From the NCBI RefSeq assembly GCF_009914755.1, contig NC_060926.1: DNA of 64,000 nucleotides. One strand, given 5' to 3'. This document shows, in pieces, positions 36,731-57,301 of the stretch (position 1 is its first letter; the number at the start of each line of letters is the position of its first letter). Source of the DNA: the human T2T-CHM13v2.0 reference genome, Homo sapiens. A model generated the notes under the pieces. The model was not told the DNA's origin, searched no databases, and worked only from the letters and a program-made list of their open reading frames with translations. A program made the position numbers and the translations under genes.

Positions 36731-38168
36731 AGCAATGTTGAAAGAAATAAATAATTATTGCTATTTTGGGAATGTTGTGTTGTCCTCATGGGTATGCATT
36801 CAAATTTTTTTCATACTGATGAAACCAAAAGATACTAAAACTACATTTTCTCGAATCCCAAAACATCCCAGCCCAGAGCAGAGAAAATTCAACTTTTTAT
36901 AATGTTTCTATGTGACAGCAAATAGCATGTGTCTGACATCATTAGTGAAAAGGGAGTAAATGGATGGCAGCGGCGGGAGGGGGACGGGAGGAGTATTTAT
37001 AATTAACTCATCAAAAATCTCATGAGCATTTTTTAAATACCACACACTCCTCCACAGATAAACAGACAGCAGGACAAGATATGCAATATACTTACTAACT
37101 ATTCATTCCACACATACATTCTATGCATGTGAGAAAGTCTTTGATTTATAGTGAGTGTCTAGTCTTTTCAAGCACTGTGTTAATTATTCAAAGTAGGAGG
37201 TTTCAACCAGGGACACAACTAGCATATACACAGGGCTTTTGGTAGACTTAAACAAAACATGACCCCTCTAACTGGAGTAATCATGGTTTGTCAAACAGAC
37301 CCAGGATAGATTTCAGTGTCTCCTCACCCTCTTGGCCTGGCATTTTTATGCAGTGCACAAGCTATACAACCATTCACAGAGCTCCTGTTTTCAAGACTAA
37401 GCAAACCACCTGTTTCATGGTACCAGGCTACATTCTTATTCCCAGAAACTCAACTCACAGCAGCATGCCTGCACTCAAATGGGGAGCTGAGAAGACAGGC
37501 AAGCATTGGCTGTGCTCATTGTGACTGTAGTTCCCCAGAATTCATGCTTCTCAGCAATCTTCACTAGTAGCATGAAATTATTTGGAAAGGTTGACGAAAA
37601 AAATTATGTCTTGCTGTTCTTCATAAAGCATAACCTAACACTTCCATAAAACAAAGATGATGTCAGTTCTCCAACATTTTGAATAAAAAAGTTTCAAAGT
37701 CATTCAGTCAGCATATAGTTGATGAATATGTGTAATCGTTTTTTCCACAAGGATTTCTAATGAGATTCTTACAAACACTGGAGAATAATGAAATGCTACA
37801 ATGATTACTATAAACAGCTCTTGCTGTTTTATTCTTGAAAATGAAGGCAGTAATTTACTGTTTCCTCACGTGATACTTGTATAACTAAGTACTTGGGATG
37901 TTGAATTGTATAATACATGTAATCTACAAAGTGCTGTACCCATATACACTGTCAACATTATACGAATATATACAAAACAAAAATCACACTCTAAAAATGA
38001 AATACACCATCAACAAACCAAATGTTTTGTCTAAATATAATAGCACCATTTTAAATTTTTTCATTTTAAAGTGGCCAGCTTTTCTGGGATTGTGAAAATG
38101 CCACATGAGGATGAGTTTACTATTGTAACTTGCAATGTATAAAAACAATACATACTTTTATTGCTTTA

Positions 38169-38324
<156 letters not shown>

Positions 38325-39193
38325 TTAGTTATCTCTTATCCAAAAACTATCAGAGCACCCTTTACACAAAGGGCATCCAAAAACAGTAGGGTCAGTTGAC
38401 ACATTTATTAAACAAAGTTTTTAAAATTTAAATTATATTCATTAAAAATTTAACAGTTTTATGTCCCCCAGAAAGAGACGGCTACTTTTCATGAAGTGGC
38501 TTTCAATCAATTGTCTTAGAAAACTTAAAATGTTGCTATCTTTGAGCCAGAAATTTTATTTTCTCCTTGTGAAATCAACAAGTTAAGAAAAACATTGGTA
38601 GTAATCTATGTTTAAAAGGTGAAATATATTTCTTCCCTTTTTTTCTCCCATAAGTTACTTTGGCATTTCATCTTTATAAGCTTATTTACTCTATTCCTTT
38701 TCCTATATTCCTAGATAGATCATCAATTTCTTGAGAACCATAGCTTATACTTTTAAAGTCCTCCCAAAGTGCATGTAAGCAAAGGTGCATTTGTTGATTA
38801 ATTGACTCCAAAGATTTCCTAAACTCAAGATGTTCCCTGTAAGAAATTACACACTGCCTACAGTTCAACAAATCTGTACCCTACTTTAAATGCTGCTTGG
38901 GACCCACCTCCCCCATCTTGAGTTTCCACTAAATCTTGTCATTCAGCTTTCTCTAGTAATTTTCTCAGAATACTCATGAATTTATTAGTTTTCACCCCAG
39001 CAGTAGCTGGCCAACTATGTTTATGTCCTTTGTGTTCTTGTTCAATATCCTTCTCCCATCACCAATTAATTATTTAAAATTCCGCGAGGGCAAGCAGTAC
39101 CAGTTTCCTTACACCATCATATCACCCAACCTGCCTCATTATGTGTTCTGCAGTAAAAGAGAACTAAGTATCGGGGATGATGATTCCTACTTA

Positions 39194-39340
<147 letters not shown>

Positions 39341-41092
39341 TTAAGGCTGTTAACACTGGGACAAACTACATGACTTCCAGAGATTTAGAACAAACAGAGA
39401 TTCTCCAGATACTGCAATTAATTTTGTTTTCTTTATATGCTATTGAACTTAACATACTTAGTGTATAACTCATGTAATTCTCAGTTAAAATTTAGTTAAC
39501 ATGTAACCAAAGTCACAAATACAAATGGCATTTAAATGGGCATTGAGAGAAGAGAACCACTGTCTCAGAGTTTAGGAACTAAAACTATTGTCGCCTAACA
39601 TATTCTCTAACAAGACACAATTCAGGTTACCTATTAAATATTCCACGTTATTAAAATAAAATAATAAACAACGAACAGAGCAAGAAAACATTTCAATCTC
39701 TTTCTCTCTAGATTAAACATTCAGGATCCTCTAGTCATTCTTCCATAAGGAATTGATAAATTTGCAGGAAACCATTCATCTCAGATGAAGAAAGCATCCA
39801 AATCAATGCAATGCAAACAGTATCTGACCCAAGCATTTTTTTAATATTCTAAAGAGTGGGAAAAAGATAAGTCTAGAGGCAAAAAAAAACAAAAACAAAA
39901 AAAAAACACAAAAAAAACAAAAGAAAATAAAAAAACAACTTTTTCTCTTTTATGGGATCCAGAGGAATCAAAATTATTCTTTTCCAAAATGTAACTTTCT
40001 GAAATGTAACTACTTCATATCATTTTAAACAAAAGAGTCATCAGGAAAGGAATTCAACAGTTTTTCAAAACCAAAGGCCAAAAGTTTGAGTTAAGACAAA
40101 TTCATTAAAAAACTAAACTGTTTAACTCTCTATAGGGCAATGAAATTTCTTATCAATAATAACATCAGTTTTAAAATGTGTTTCTTTTATTATCTTACAG
40201 AGAGGAAATTAAAGCAGATACTCTAGACGCAGCAAACAGACTTTTTTAGGCACACAGGCATTCCAGTCAGACAGGTCTGGAATTTGAATACTGACTGTTG
40301 CCTAATAGCTGCGGGCCCTTTCACAAGTCACTTTATCTCACTGCGCCTTAGATTCATTCTCTCTAAAATGGGTATTTACACATACCTCCTTCACAAACTA
40401 GCTTTGGAAGCTGATGAGATTATATATCTAACGGAAGAACAGGTATGGATGTTCCCTGGGTAATCAGGCATTGGTGGGTTAGCAGCCATCTTTTTTATCA
40501 TTCCACTCATATACAACACATAGCTCAGATTTGTTCTAAATAAACACAGTAGCTGTTAAACATATTTAAATAAGAAAAGTAGGAACCAAAAAGGAATACT
40601 GTGAACTCTTCTGTCTTTCCTTGTCTGGCACCACCAATTATAGAATGGTAAAACATGAAACTTTGTGGTCTGAAAAACTTTTTATTCTGAAAACTACTGA
40701 ATGATTAAGCAAGTTTTGCTAAGCTTTATATAAATATATTAAAGCAGGGAAAGAATTTGGGTCTTTCCTGTTAATTCTGTTGCCTATTCACTCCTTTTCT
40801 ACTGAATCTATATCACATTGTTTGGTCCTCTGCAACTGTGAAAAAAACTACTCTTCAGTGAAGACTGAGAAAGCCAAAAGTTAGAAGAAATGTTTTGGGT
40901 TTAAAAACAATTTTTTTTACTCCCCCAGAATAAAGTTTTTTGGAGGAAAAAAGAAATAAAATTTAAGGTGATTTCAACTTATACAGTTCAATCTTATATT
41001 TGCTGAACTTACCTAAATCCCTAGGGCATCACTTTTCAATGACTGTAAAAGACATACAGTTTCAAGCTCTTAGGAAAACATGAACACACTTA

Positions 41093-41293
<201 letters not shown>

Positions 41294-43398
41294 TTAAAAT
41301 ATGGACATATTTTAAGCTAAGTATATTTTGTAAGGCATCAATTTTCCTACTAATGCACACTGAAATTTTGTGTCAGAGTTAGAGCATATTTCAGGAACAC
41401 ATGTGGAATTCTTTAAAAAAAAAAAAAAAAAAACTCTGTAAGCTGCTGAGCAATAACATGAGACAAACCTAGAATCTATCCATTCCTCAAACTTTGGATC
41501 TCAAAGAGTAGATATGATACTGACAAACAGAACCAGGAATGGTATGGCCTGGATTTACTCCCATGTCCAACCTTCCAGAAAAAAATTTCTCACTGTAGAA
41601 TATCTGAAGAAGAGATACCTGAGTTCACCTACTACCACCCGGAGACGGCTCTGATAAGCTGACACCACCAGGTACGACCTGAGGGTAACCCTGAGGTATC
41701 ATCGCCCAACCCTCTCATCAACAGTCTTCCACAGCCACAAAGTTGCCAAGTTTTGAAAACACCAGCAGAGATACCAGAAAGGAAATCAGAACTGATTAAA
41801 AAAAACAACAACAACAAAAAAAAACGCTTTCCTCTTTATGGAGTTATTATGCTTTCTTTTACCCTCTTTTTTCTTTTTTTCACTAAAGAAAATCTGAATC
41901 AGAATAAACAGCCATACCTCTTTCTTTTGCAGTAGGAAGAAAAAATCCTACTACTTTTTCTCTTCATTTATTCAGCAAATTGTGAAAAGAAAGTTCTCTA
42001 TGTGATAGAAAGCCAACTATATATTTAGAAAACACAATATTGTTAGTAGTGTTAATAATCACAGCTTAGATTAAATGAGCACTTACTAGGTGGCAGAAAC
42101 TGGACCAAGTATTCTACATGGATTCATCCATCCTCACAGCCACTCAATCAAGTAGGCATTAGTATCGTTCCTATTCTACAGATGAGAGAACCAAGTCAAA
42201 GAGAAGTTAAGCATCTGGAAAGAAGTGTGGACACCACCCTCAAGGTAATTCATAGTGAGGTGGTGAAAGAGGAGGAGGCAACTAGGCCAAGAGACAAAAA
42301 TAAAAGAGTAATGAGTGCTGAGATGGAGAGATGCATAGGATGGTCTGAGAGCACAGATTCCTAATGGGCCACATGGCAAAGCAGAGGTCTGGGGTGGTTG
42401 ACAGACACAGAGACTGAAAACTCTACATGTTCTAGGAGTGTGGCTGGAGGTTAATGAGTTAATGATAGAGGCTAAAAGAGAGGGAGATGTTCATGATGAC
42501 CACCAGGTGGGGATGGGGCACCAAGGAAGGGGTGAGTGGTCATGCCCTTCCTCTAAGGCCTGTGAGAAGTTGGATGAAGCATCCACTTAGACATGTTGGT
42601 TTAGAGGTGATTGTAGGATATCCAGGTGACGTATCCAAAAGGCAGCTGGCACTATGGGTCTGAACCTCAGAGAGAGAACTTGCATAGAGATTTTTATCAT
42701 GACCTACAGAAAGGCTTGCTTGGTCTTTCCCTCATTCCCCAGTTTAGGAGGAAAAACACTCAGTAAATGCACTATTATAAAAGTCTCCCCATAATTATTT
42801 ATAGTTGCTACATAGATAGTAATCAAAGGCAGGAAAGGTGTGAAATTATTCAGAGAGAGGAGGACCAATGTTGAACAACAGATTTACAGTTTTTTATAGA
42901 ACAGGAGAAAAAGAAAAGATCTCCAGGGTACACTAGAAAAAAAAAAAATGATCAAGAAATAGAAGGAAATCCAGGAGTATGCTGTCATGGAAGAAAGAAT
43001 ATTTGAGAGAAGATGGCTGAAGTACCAAATACAGGACTGATAGGCATTATTTAATTTAGCAAGAAAGGGATTAGAGGTGACCAGGATGAGAGGGGTGTCA
43101 GCCACCTGGTGGGCAGATTGCAAGAGGTGAGTAATCAGTGAGAAATGTGGAAGAAGGGATAGGAAAGTGCAAAACAACCTTTCAAGAAACTTGACCATGA
43201 AATGCAGAGAAGGGGTTATCACTAAAGAGGAACATGGAGTGAAGGGTAAGTTGCATATTTTTTAGGATGGGAGAAACTTGAGCATATCTGATGATAGGGA
43301 AAAGTCAGTAGAAAAAGAGAATTTGGAAAAAAGAAGGTATCATTGAAGGAGGGAGTTCTCCTGAGGGCTTCATTCAGCTAATCCTGACTTTTAATATG

Positions 43399-43548
43399 AT
43401 TTCTTTTTCTTTTTCTTTAGAGACAGGTCTTACCTAGGCTGGAGTGCAGTGGCACAGTCATAGCCCACTGCAGCCTCAAACACCTGACCTCAAGTGATCC
43501 TCCCAAGTATCTGGCACTACACCACACCACCACATTAGCTAATTTGAT
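43399..43548 (-). mobile_element. Alu monomer/partial (FRAM/AluJ)
   Basis: Single antisense Alu arm. Confidence 0.75.
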
Positions 43549-43681
43549 TTCTGACAACTCATTTCCTGCATATACTGTGTACTCATTCAAAAAAAAAAAA
43601 AAGAACAATGTAATGCCTCCCTCAACAAAGCATACAGAGTTTAACCACTGACTATGAGGAATATTTTAAAAGGTAGGTTGC

Positions 43682-46344
<2,663 letters not shown>

Positions 46345-46564
46345 AAAAGGTAGGTTGCTCAGCATACGAACTTGAAGTTTACCAAAAATACTATGAGAAT
46401 TCCAGATCAACAAAACAGAAGGAAGCTGACCTGTGGAGGTGCCTGTGGGAGACTTGGCCTGCATGCAGCTAGAAACCCAATACTACCTTTTCCTGAGAAC
46501 TAAGCTCGACTGCAGTGCTCCAAGCTCAGTGGGCCTGATTCTAAGTCCTCAAAAAAGATAATTT

Positions 46565-48450
46565 CTCATTCAAAATAGCAGATTGACAAACCAAACATGT
46601 TTATCTCCTCTTCCTCCGAAATTCTACTTAAAAGACAGTAAAATAACAGCAGATGAGTAATTCCAACAAATGTTTGAAAAGTAAGGTATTGGAGGAGTGA
46701 TAACTCAGTTAAGAAGGGGAAAATGCTACAAACTAAGTGTCAACAGAAGAGAGACACACCCACATATGCAGAAGCCTCAGTGCACTCACACTCAGAGGCA
46801 CCAGGTCCTAACAAAGGCAGGGGCGAGGAACTAAGGGGCTCAGATAAAGCAAGATAAGGAGCAATCCAATGCCTAGGTCCCTCCCAGATCCTGAGTGTCA
46901 CGCCACTCCTCTATCTCCTCTAAGGGACCACAGATTTTCTCTGGAGGAGCTGAAGCAGAATGGCTATGGGTTCAAGGCACAGTCCTCAACACAGAACTGA
47001 GATGGATGTGGAACTGAGTACAGGAGGATTATAGGAATACTGAAAGGGCGCCCTCAGCTCCCTTTCCTCTGCCCACTCCCAGAACAGACCACCATCTCCC
47101 CACATCTTCCCCTTACCCCAAGAAGGAGAATGAAGGCATCTATGAAGGAGAAATTAATCACCCCCAGAACAGACCACCATCTTCCCACATCTTCCCCTTA
47201 CTCCAAGAAGGAGAATGAAGGCATCTATGGAGGAGAAATTAATCACCCCCAGAACAGACCACCATCTCCCCACATCTTCCCCTTACCTCATGAAGGAAAA
47301 TGGAGGCATCTATGAAGGAGAAATTGACCATCTCCAGAAAAGACTCACTAATGTTGCCTTGGGGAGCAATCTGGCAACCAAGCCACCTTCCTGCCTGAAG
47401 CTCACCAGCTGACAAGGCCTATCCACATGTACAGACTTTTGGGTCAGGTTTTATAACCTCACCCTTAATACCAAACTAGCAACTCAGACACTTGGAAAAA
47501 GCTTCCATCAAAAAGAAGAAAGTTGAAAAGAAATCAAAAGGAAAAGGAATCCAGAGAAAATGGAAACAGAGGAAGATTAATTTTTAATGTCATATCCATA
47601 TCCATATCAAAGTCATATCCATAGAAATGGTACTCAGAATGGCACTGGACTCAACACTAGATATTAGACGTCACTAGAGCAATGTCTTCAAATTCCAGGT
47701 TTAAATTAACTTGCAACCTGTACCCAGCCAAACAGTCAAGATGGAGAGCAAAATAAAACACTCACAGACATTCAAAGACTCAAAATATATGCCACCTACT
47801 TATGTTTCTCAGGAAGCTATCATGTAACGTGTTTCAGCAAAATGAGGAAATAAATCTAGAAAAAGAAATAAATGGCCTGCCACAAACAGAAGTTCCAGCA
47901 CAGGGGAGTGGCAAAGAGAAGTCTGTGCACCAGGCCAGAGAAAAACAAGTCCCAATTGGAACACAGGATAGGGGTCTCCAGAAAGAAAAAAAAAATTGTA
48001 GATTGTTTTCTGTCTTTGTACAGGCATTTGATAGAGCTATTAGAGCATTTGGGGAAAATACATGATTGTTATATTTAAAAACTAAGCAAATGAAAATGGG
48101 GCAATTGTCAAAAATTGTCAAGAAATGTCATCCTAGAATACTAATTGGCTGAGCAGTGAACAATATTTATATTTATATTATGTTAATAATATAAACACAT
48201 ATGATTAATTTAACCAAAAATTATAATCTAGCTTTTTAAGGAGAATGGGGGGAGGGAAGTCAGAAGCTGGGAGAGAAGAATGATGTAAGAAAGCAAAACG
48301 CTCACCTAGAACAAGGAAGTAAATATCAAAAATGATAAATCAAGAAATAGAAGTATAAACAAAGCATTTAGAAACATGGAGACAAACAAAAGAAGAAATA
48401 GTCAAAAGAGCTGTTCCCTCCCCAGAGCAGGTCTGGATTAGGGGCAGGGG
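46565..48450 (+). mobile_element. Ancient HAL1/L1ME-like element
   Basis: 5' motif caaaatagcagattga..tttatctcctc..ctacttaaaagacagtaaa and ORF1-like tacccagccaaac..cagacattcaaagactcaaa; recognised by eye only. Confidence 0.45.
47078..47335 (+). repeat. Minisatellite, three copies of an 85-bp unit
   Basis: cccagaacagaccaccatct...gaaggcatctatgaaggagaaatt repeated; ORFs at 47130 and 47215 are offset by 85 bp. Confidence 0.9.
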
Positions 48451-48913
48451 AGGGTGGGCAATATGGTTTTATATTGATAACAGATATAATGATATCCAAC
48501 ATTTACTGAATATTTACTATTTTCTAGCCATTACTCTAGGTGTTTACATGCATTAGCCAAAAATTCTCTCAACAACCTTATGAGCAATATATGAACCGCA
48601 TATTTTTCAGACTAGAAAATTGAGGCAAAAGGAAATTGAGTAACTTCCCCAAAGTTACAAAGCTAGGAAATGTGGGAAGCTGGAATTTGGAACCAGGCAG
48701 TGTAGCTCCTAAGCTGGCTCTCTTAGTTGGTATGTTATATTGCTTACAAATTTTATTACTATTACAAACCAAACCCTTGGCATTTACATAGTCCAGCATC
48801 CCTGAAGAGATGTCTTCCCCTTTAATCAATCTGGCTGCTTGAGTATGAAAAACAGTGTCTAGTCAATTAATCTGTTAATGGCTCTCATACACGTGACATT
48901 TCTTTTATGTTAA

Positions 48914-49234
<321 letters not shown>

Positions 49235-49336
49235 TAAAGGAAAGGTGTTTGTTTTACCTTAATCCATAAAAAAGCAATAAATTTATTTTCTCAATCTAAA
49301 ACTATTTAGGAAGCTTAGTAAAATCTCTGCTTACAT

Positions 49337-52870
<3,534 letters not shown>

Positions 52871-52924
52871 GACTGCTTAAAAATTAGATACTGAGTTTTA
52901 ATTATCAAGTTGTAAGTATCATTA

Positions 52925-53209
<285 letters not shown>

Positions 53210-53471
53210 TCAGTCACAGCATGGTTCTTTTCTCTCCTCCCAAATTCCAGATAAATGCATCCACAGAGCAAACTTTAAATTATAAAATATAATTCTGAAA
53301 TAAATGTAAAAATAAATTTTTGGAAAGCATAGTTAGAAATAATACAGGGAAGAAAAAAAGATAAGCAACTATGAGGGAGATACAAGTATTAGAATCTTCC
53401 TTCTTCCTAAGAAATGTATCCTTAAAATGTATTTATATGAAAAATGATATCCATATGCTTAATTTATAAAA

Positions 53472-53687
53472 TAGGAGATACATCTAATGTAATGACGAGT
53501 TAACGGGTGCAGCACACCAACATGGCACATGTATACATATGTAACAAACCTGCACATTGTGCACATGTACCCTAGAACTTAAAGTAAAATAGTATAAATA
53601 AATAAAATAAAAAGGACTGCTTAAAAATTAGATACTGAGTTTTAATTATCAAGTTATAAGTATCATTACAATAAACAGGCAAAACAT

Positions 53688-53722
<35 letters not shown>

Positions 53723-53763
53723 CCTTTCTCACCTGTGCCATCAATCTTTTGTTTAAAAATCAT
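53472..53763 (+). repeat. Local duplicate of 52700-53011: L1 3' end, flank, (CA)n, splice donor and last 31 nt of putative exon 16
   Basis: Direct alignment by eye; shared non-consensus L1 variants aacgggtg and gtaaaatagtata; both ORF tracks read [14 protein letters not shown]. Confidence 0.92.
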
Positions 53764-54957
53764 ACAGAGCTGAACTCTATAGTAATTCCGTAACAATCCT
53801 CAAGTTGGTTTAACTTCTGCATAGAGATCTACACCAAGAACCTTACAGTAGATACCAAGATAATTAACAGCAATCAGAAATATAAAGATGTAAAGGAGTG
53901 AAAGCAGGGAAGGAAGGGGAGGGATAAAGGAAATAGGTAAGAAGAAGTGATGTTTAACAGCAAAGAGGAGACTGTGACAGGATGCCAGGGAGTCAAGAAG
54001 ATGAAGGAGGTATGCCCAAGACAAAGATAAAAATCGCAGTAACGGAATTTAAAAGCAAAATTATTAGACAACGCACTATTGATATAATAGTTAGAAATAC
54101 ATGTTGTTTTTAATGAGGGTGATTTTTCTGAATCTAAAACTACCTAAGAAGTTAACAAATGTGTCTGGGTTAGAATAAGATAATTTATATACGACGCTAG
54201 AAACCGCAACATCTGGAGAGCAAGAATTTGTCACAGGCACAGAAAGGAGAATTGTAGAAGTGAAAATAAGAAAAACAAATATTGTAGGAGTGCATTTCAT
54301 CATTAGCTGGGGCCCAGGCGATGGCTTAAGTGTGAATAGATGTGTAGGAAACCAAAGAGGAAGAAAGGAAACCTTCAAGGTAAGAATGAAATCAGGAATA
54401 TGGAGGCAGATACAAGAAAGTTTGAACTGAAAGGTGAAAAACTGTGTGAGTAACTGAGCCACCCCAATGCTCAGGAGTTTACTTTGGAATACAGAGAGAA
54501 AAAATAAGCCAGATAAGATTCAGATGTGATTACCTGGTTGAAAGGGGCATACGTGGTGGTCTAGGAGAAGTCAAAGTGGGGAGAAGTACAGTACTTCCCA
54601 TCAAAGTTAAGGCTAACATCTAAAGTGGAAAAGGTATACATAGCATAGAAAAGAGCTCAAAGTTCAACCATATGGAATTTCAAGATCATAGTTAATAGGA
54701 GAAAAAGGCTTCAGGAAACAAAGGGGGAAGGGAACCCAAGAAAACCTTAGATGTGGGATTAAAGCAAAATCCCAAAAGACAGAAATTTACATTTTCAAAC
54801 ATAGTTCTGTGTATAGTAGAAGTGGTGCCTACCAAGGAAGATGCCCTGTGGGCTACAGAAAGCTTATTTGCAGTCAAGAAGTTAGACAGGGAGCTGGTCC
54901 AGTTCAAGAGTAGCAGTTAGTCTAGTTAGAGGTTTGGACACACATACACCTGTGTCA

Positions 54958-55152
<195 letters not shown>

Positions 55153-56363
55153 TTAAATTGCAATTAGAAATGTGTAATTATCCAAGACGTGAAGCCACTT
55201 CTAGCCCTTTTCACCTATAGGTGAAATAGAGTAATGGATTAGCAACGTGTTGAAAACATTACTACTGGTTACTACTGGATACATCCACATCTGGCTACAC
55301 TAACCCTCCCAATTTCACTGCTGCTCTCCCATCCACTCTCCAACAGACGGTGGCAAAAAAAAAGAAAGGACTCCTACAACTTTCTCCCCAATAATTATGT
55401 CAGAGTATGTCTGCTATCCTCCATGATTACAAATAATTGTCAAAAGAAAACCCACACTTCACTGCTTTTTTGCCATTTGTAGGATATAATAAATATTACT
55501 CACTGGATGCTTACTTTGTAAGTAAACCAACTTAACCAATAGCTCTAAGAGGTAAGTATTAGTCCTCCAATTTTACAGAGGAGAAACCAAGAATCTAAAC
55601 AGTTAAATAACTTGCCCAACATTATTCAGCAGCTAAACAGCTTGACTAGGATTCAAAGCCAGATCTGATTCCAAAACCTTAAATGTCTGCAACACAAACC
55701 AGTTTATACTTCCAAAAGCCACTCTCAAAGTAGTGACCTTAGGAAGAGCACTGCCACAGCTAGAAATTTTATATCTGCTTTCAAAATTGTCTTTTTAGCC
55801 TTTGACTTATTCTTTAAAATATTCTCTTTATCTTCTCAGGTGGATTGATTTGGGGAAACAATAGGCAGATGTCATTCTGAGCCAAATAATGAAAATAGTA
55901 ATTTGAGTGATCACATTGATCATTGATCTAATGGATCTAATGTGAGGGCAGGTGTGAGTTTAGTTGTGAATTGAGTGTAAAAACTATTCAAAACAGATAT
56001 TTCCAAAAATGTTTTCAGATAAAATATCTATTTTTAGACAAGTTTATACTTTCCCAGGATGATGACATTGAAGGAGATTCATCTGAATGTGTCAGTTCTA
56101 GTGGTTGGGCTTTTGTTAAGTTAACCTCATTACTTTGCAGTCTTTCTTCATCCTAAATAGATCCATCACTTAACATGAGTTTTAGAGCAAATCTGTTTTC
56201 CTCTAAATTATTGCTCACCAATATTAAGCTTTCTACCAACGTAGTGTAGTTTATGTTTCTTTTTCTTTGATCCACAAGCAAATACAGAAAAGAGCTATAT
56301 ACAGTCCTGATAGACTTATCAAAGCTCAAGCTATAACCTGGAAACATAAACAAAGCTTATGAT

Positions 56364-56500
56364 AGGCCAGGTGCAGTGGCTTACACCTGTAATCCCAACA
56401 CTTTGGGAAGCCGGGGCAGGAGGATCGCTTGAAGCCCGGAGTTCCAGAAAAGTCTGGCCAACATAGTGGAAATCCCATCTCAGAAAAAATAAAAAGAAAA
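56364..56500 (+). mobile_element. Alu left monomer (FLAM-like)
   Basis: Single arm with A-rich tail. Confidence 0.8.
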
Positions 56501-57098
56501 AATCACGTGGTAAAATAACAGGAGAAGACTAAGCAGTGTCTGAATCAAAATATTTCTTTTTTTAAAATAAGTGACCAGCCAGAGAGACACCAAACCCAGT
56601 TGGCCTATGACAGATTAATCAGAACCAAAGAACAGGTGCCATACATATGCAACAGAGAAGAAGAAAAAAATGGCTCTGATGCTACCGAAAATGGACACTT
56701 AGACATGTCATTTTCTTCTATGGGACCTGTTTCCTTAACTGTAATATTAGAAGTTTGAAATAGATGTCTTTCCCAGTAGAATGAGGATAGGTATTTTGGT
56801 TTGGTTTGTGAGCTGCTATACCCCCAAGCATCTTTGCAGGTGCTAATAAACATCTGTTAAATAAATCTCTAAATTCCCTCTAGATTTGGCATTTAACTGT
56901 GAAATACATCAGTTTCTTCAGAATGCTCCTAACCTGCAGAACCAGTTTCAGAGAGTTTAACACTCTGGGTAACCCTTCATATACTTGAGAATGCCACCCA
57001 AATCACATAAGACCCCTCATTATTAACTTTCAAAGCTTTGAGAAAACCTTTCCACCAAGTCCGGTACCAAGCATGGTTACCACTGCTCTGAGGCTTAC

Positions 57099-57301
57099 CA
57101 TAGGGCTGTCTGAGGGAATGGTAAACAGTCACTCCATAGGGCCTCAGGGAAGCCTGGTAGTACACTTGTGGGTTGGTCTCTGTGAACTTGTTTGCCTTCA
57201 GCACGGCCATCTTTGTCCAATCTGTAAAGAACACCTGACCTTCAAATAAGCTTACTCCAAAGGGATGAGGAATGAGGGAGCCTCCATGAACTACAGTCTT
57301 C
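57099..57301 (-). CDS. LRP2: LRP2 exon (putative 14), 203 bp
   Basis: aacAG/GTAAGC; [30 protein letters not shown]...HSLRQPY; overlaps ORF 56977..57234. Confidence 0.93.

Noticed and set aside
47078-47335. CRISPR-like or coding repeat array
   Set aside because: Contiguous tandem units without unique spacers, in eukaryotic intronic DNA
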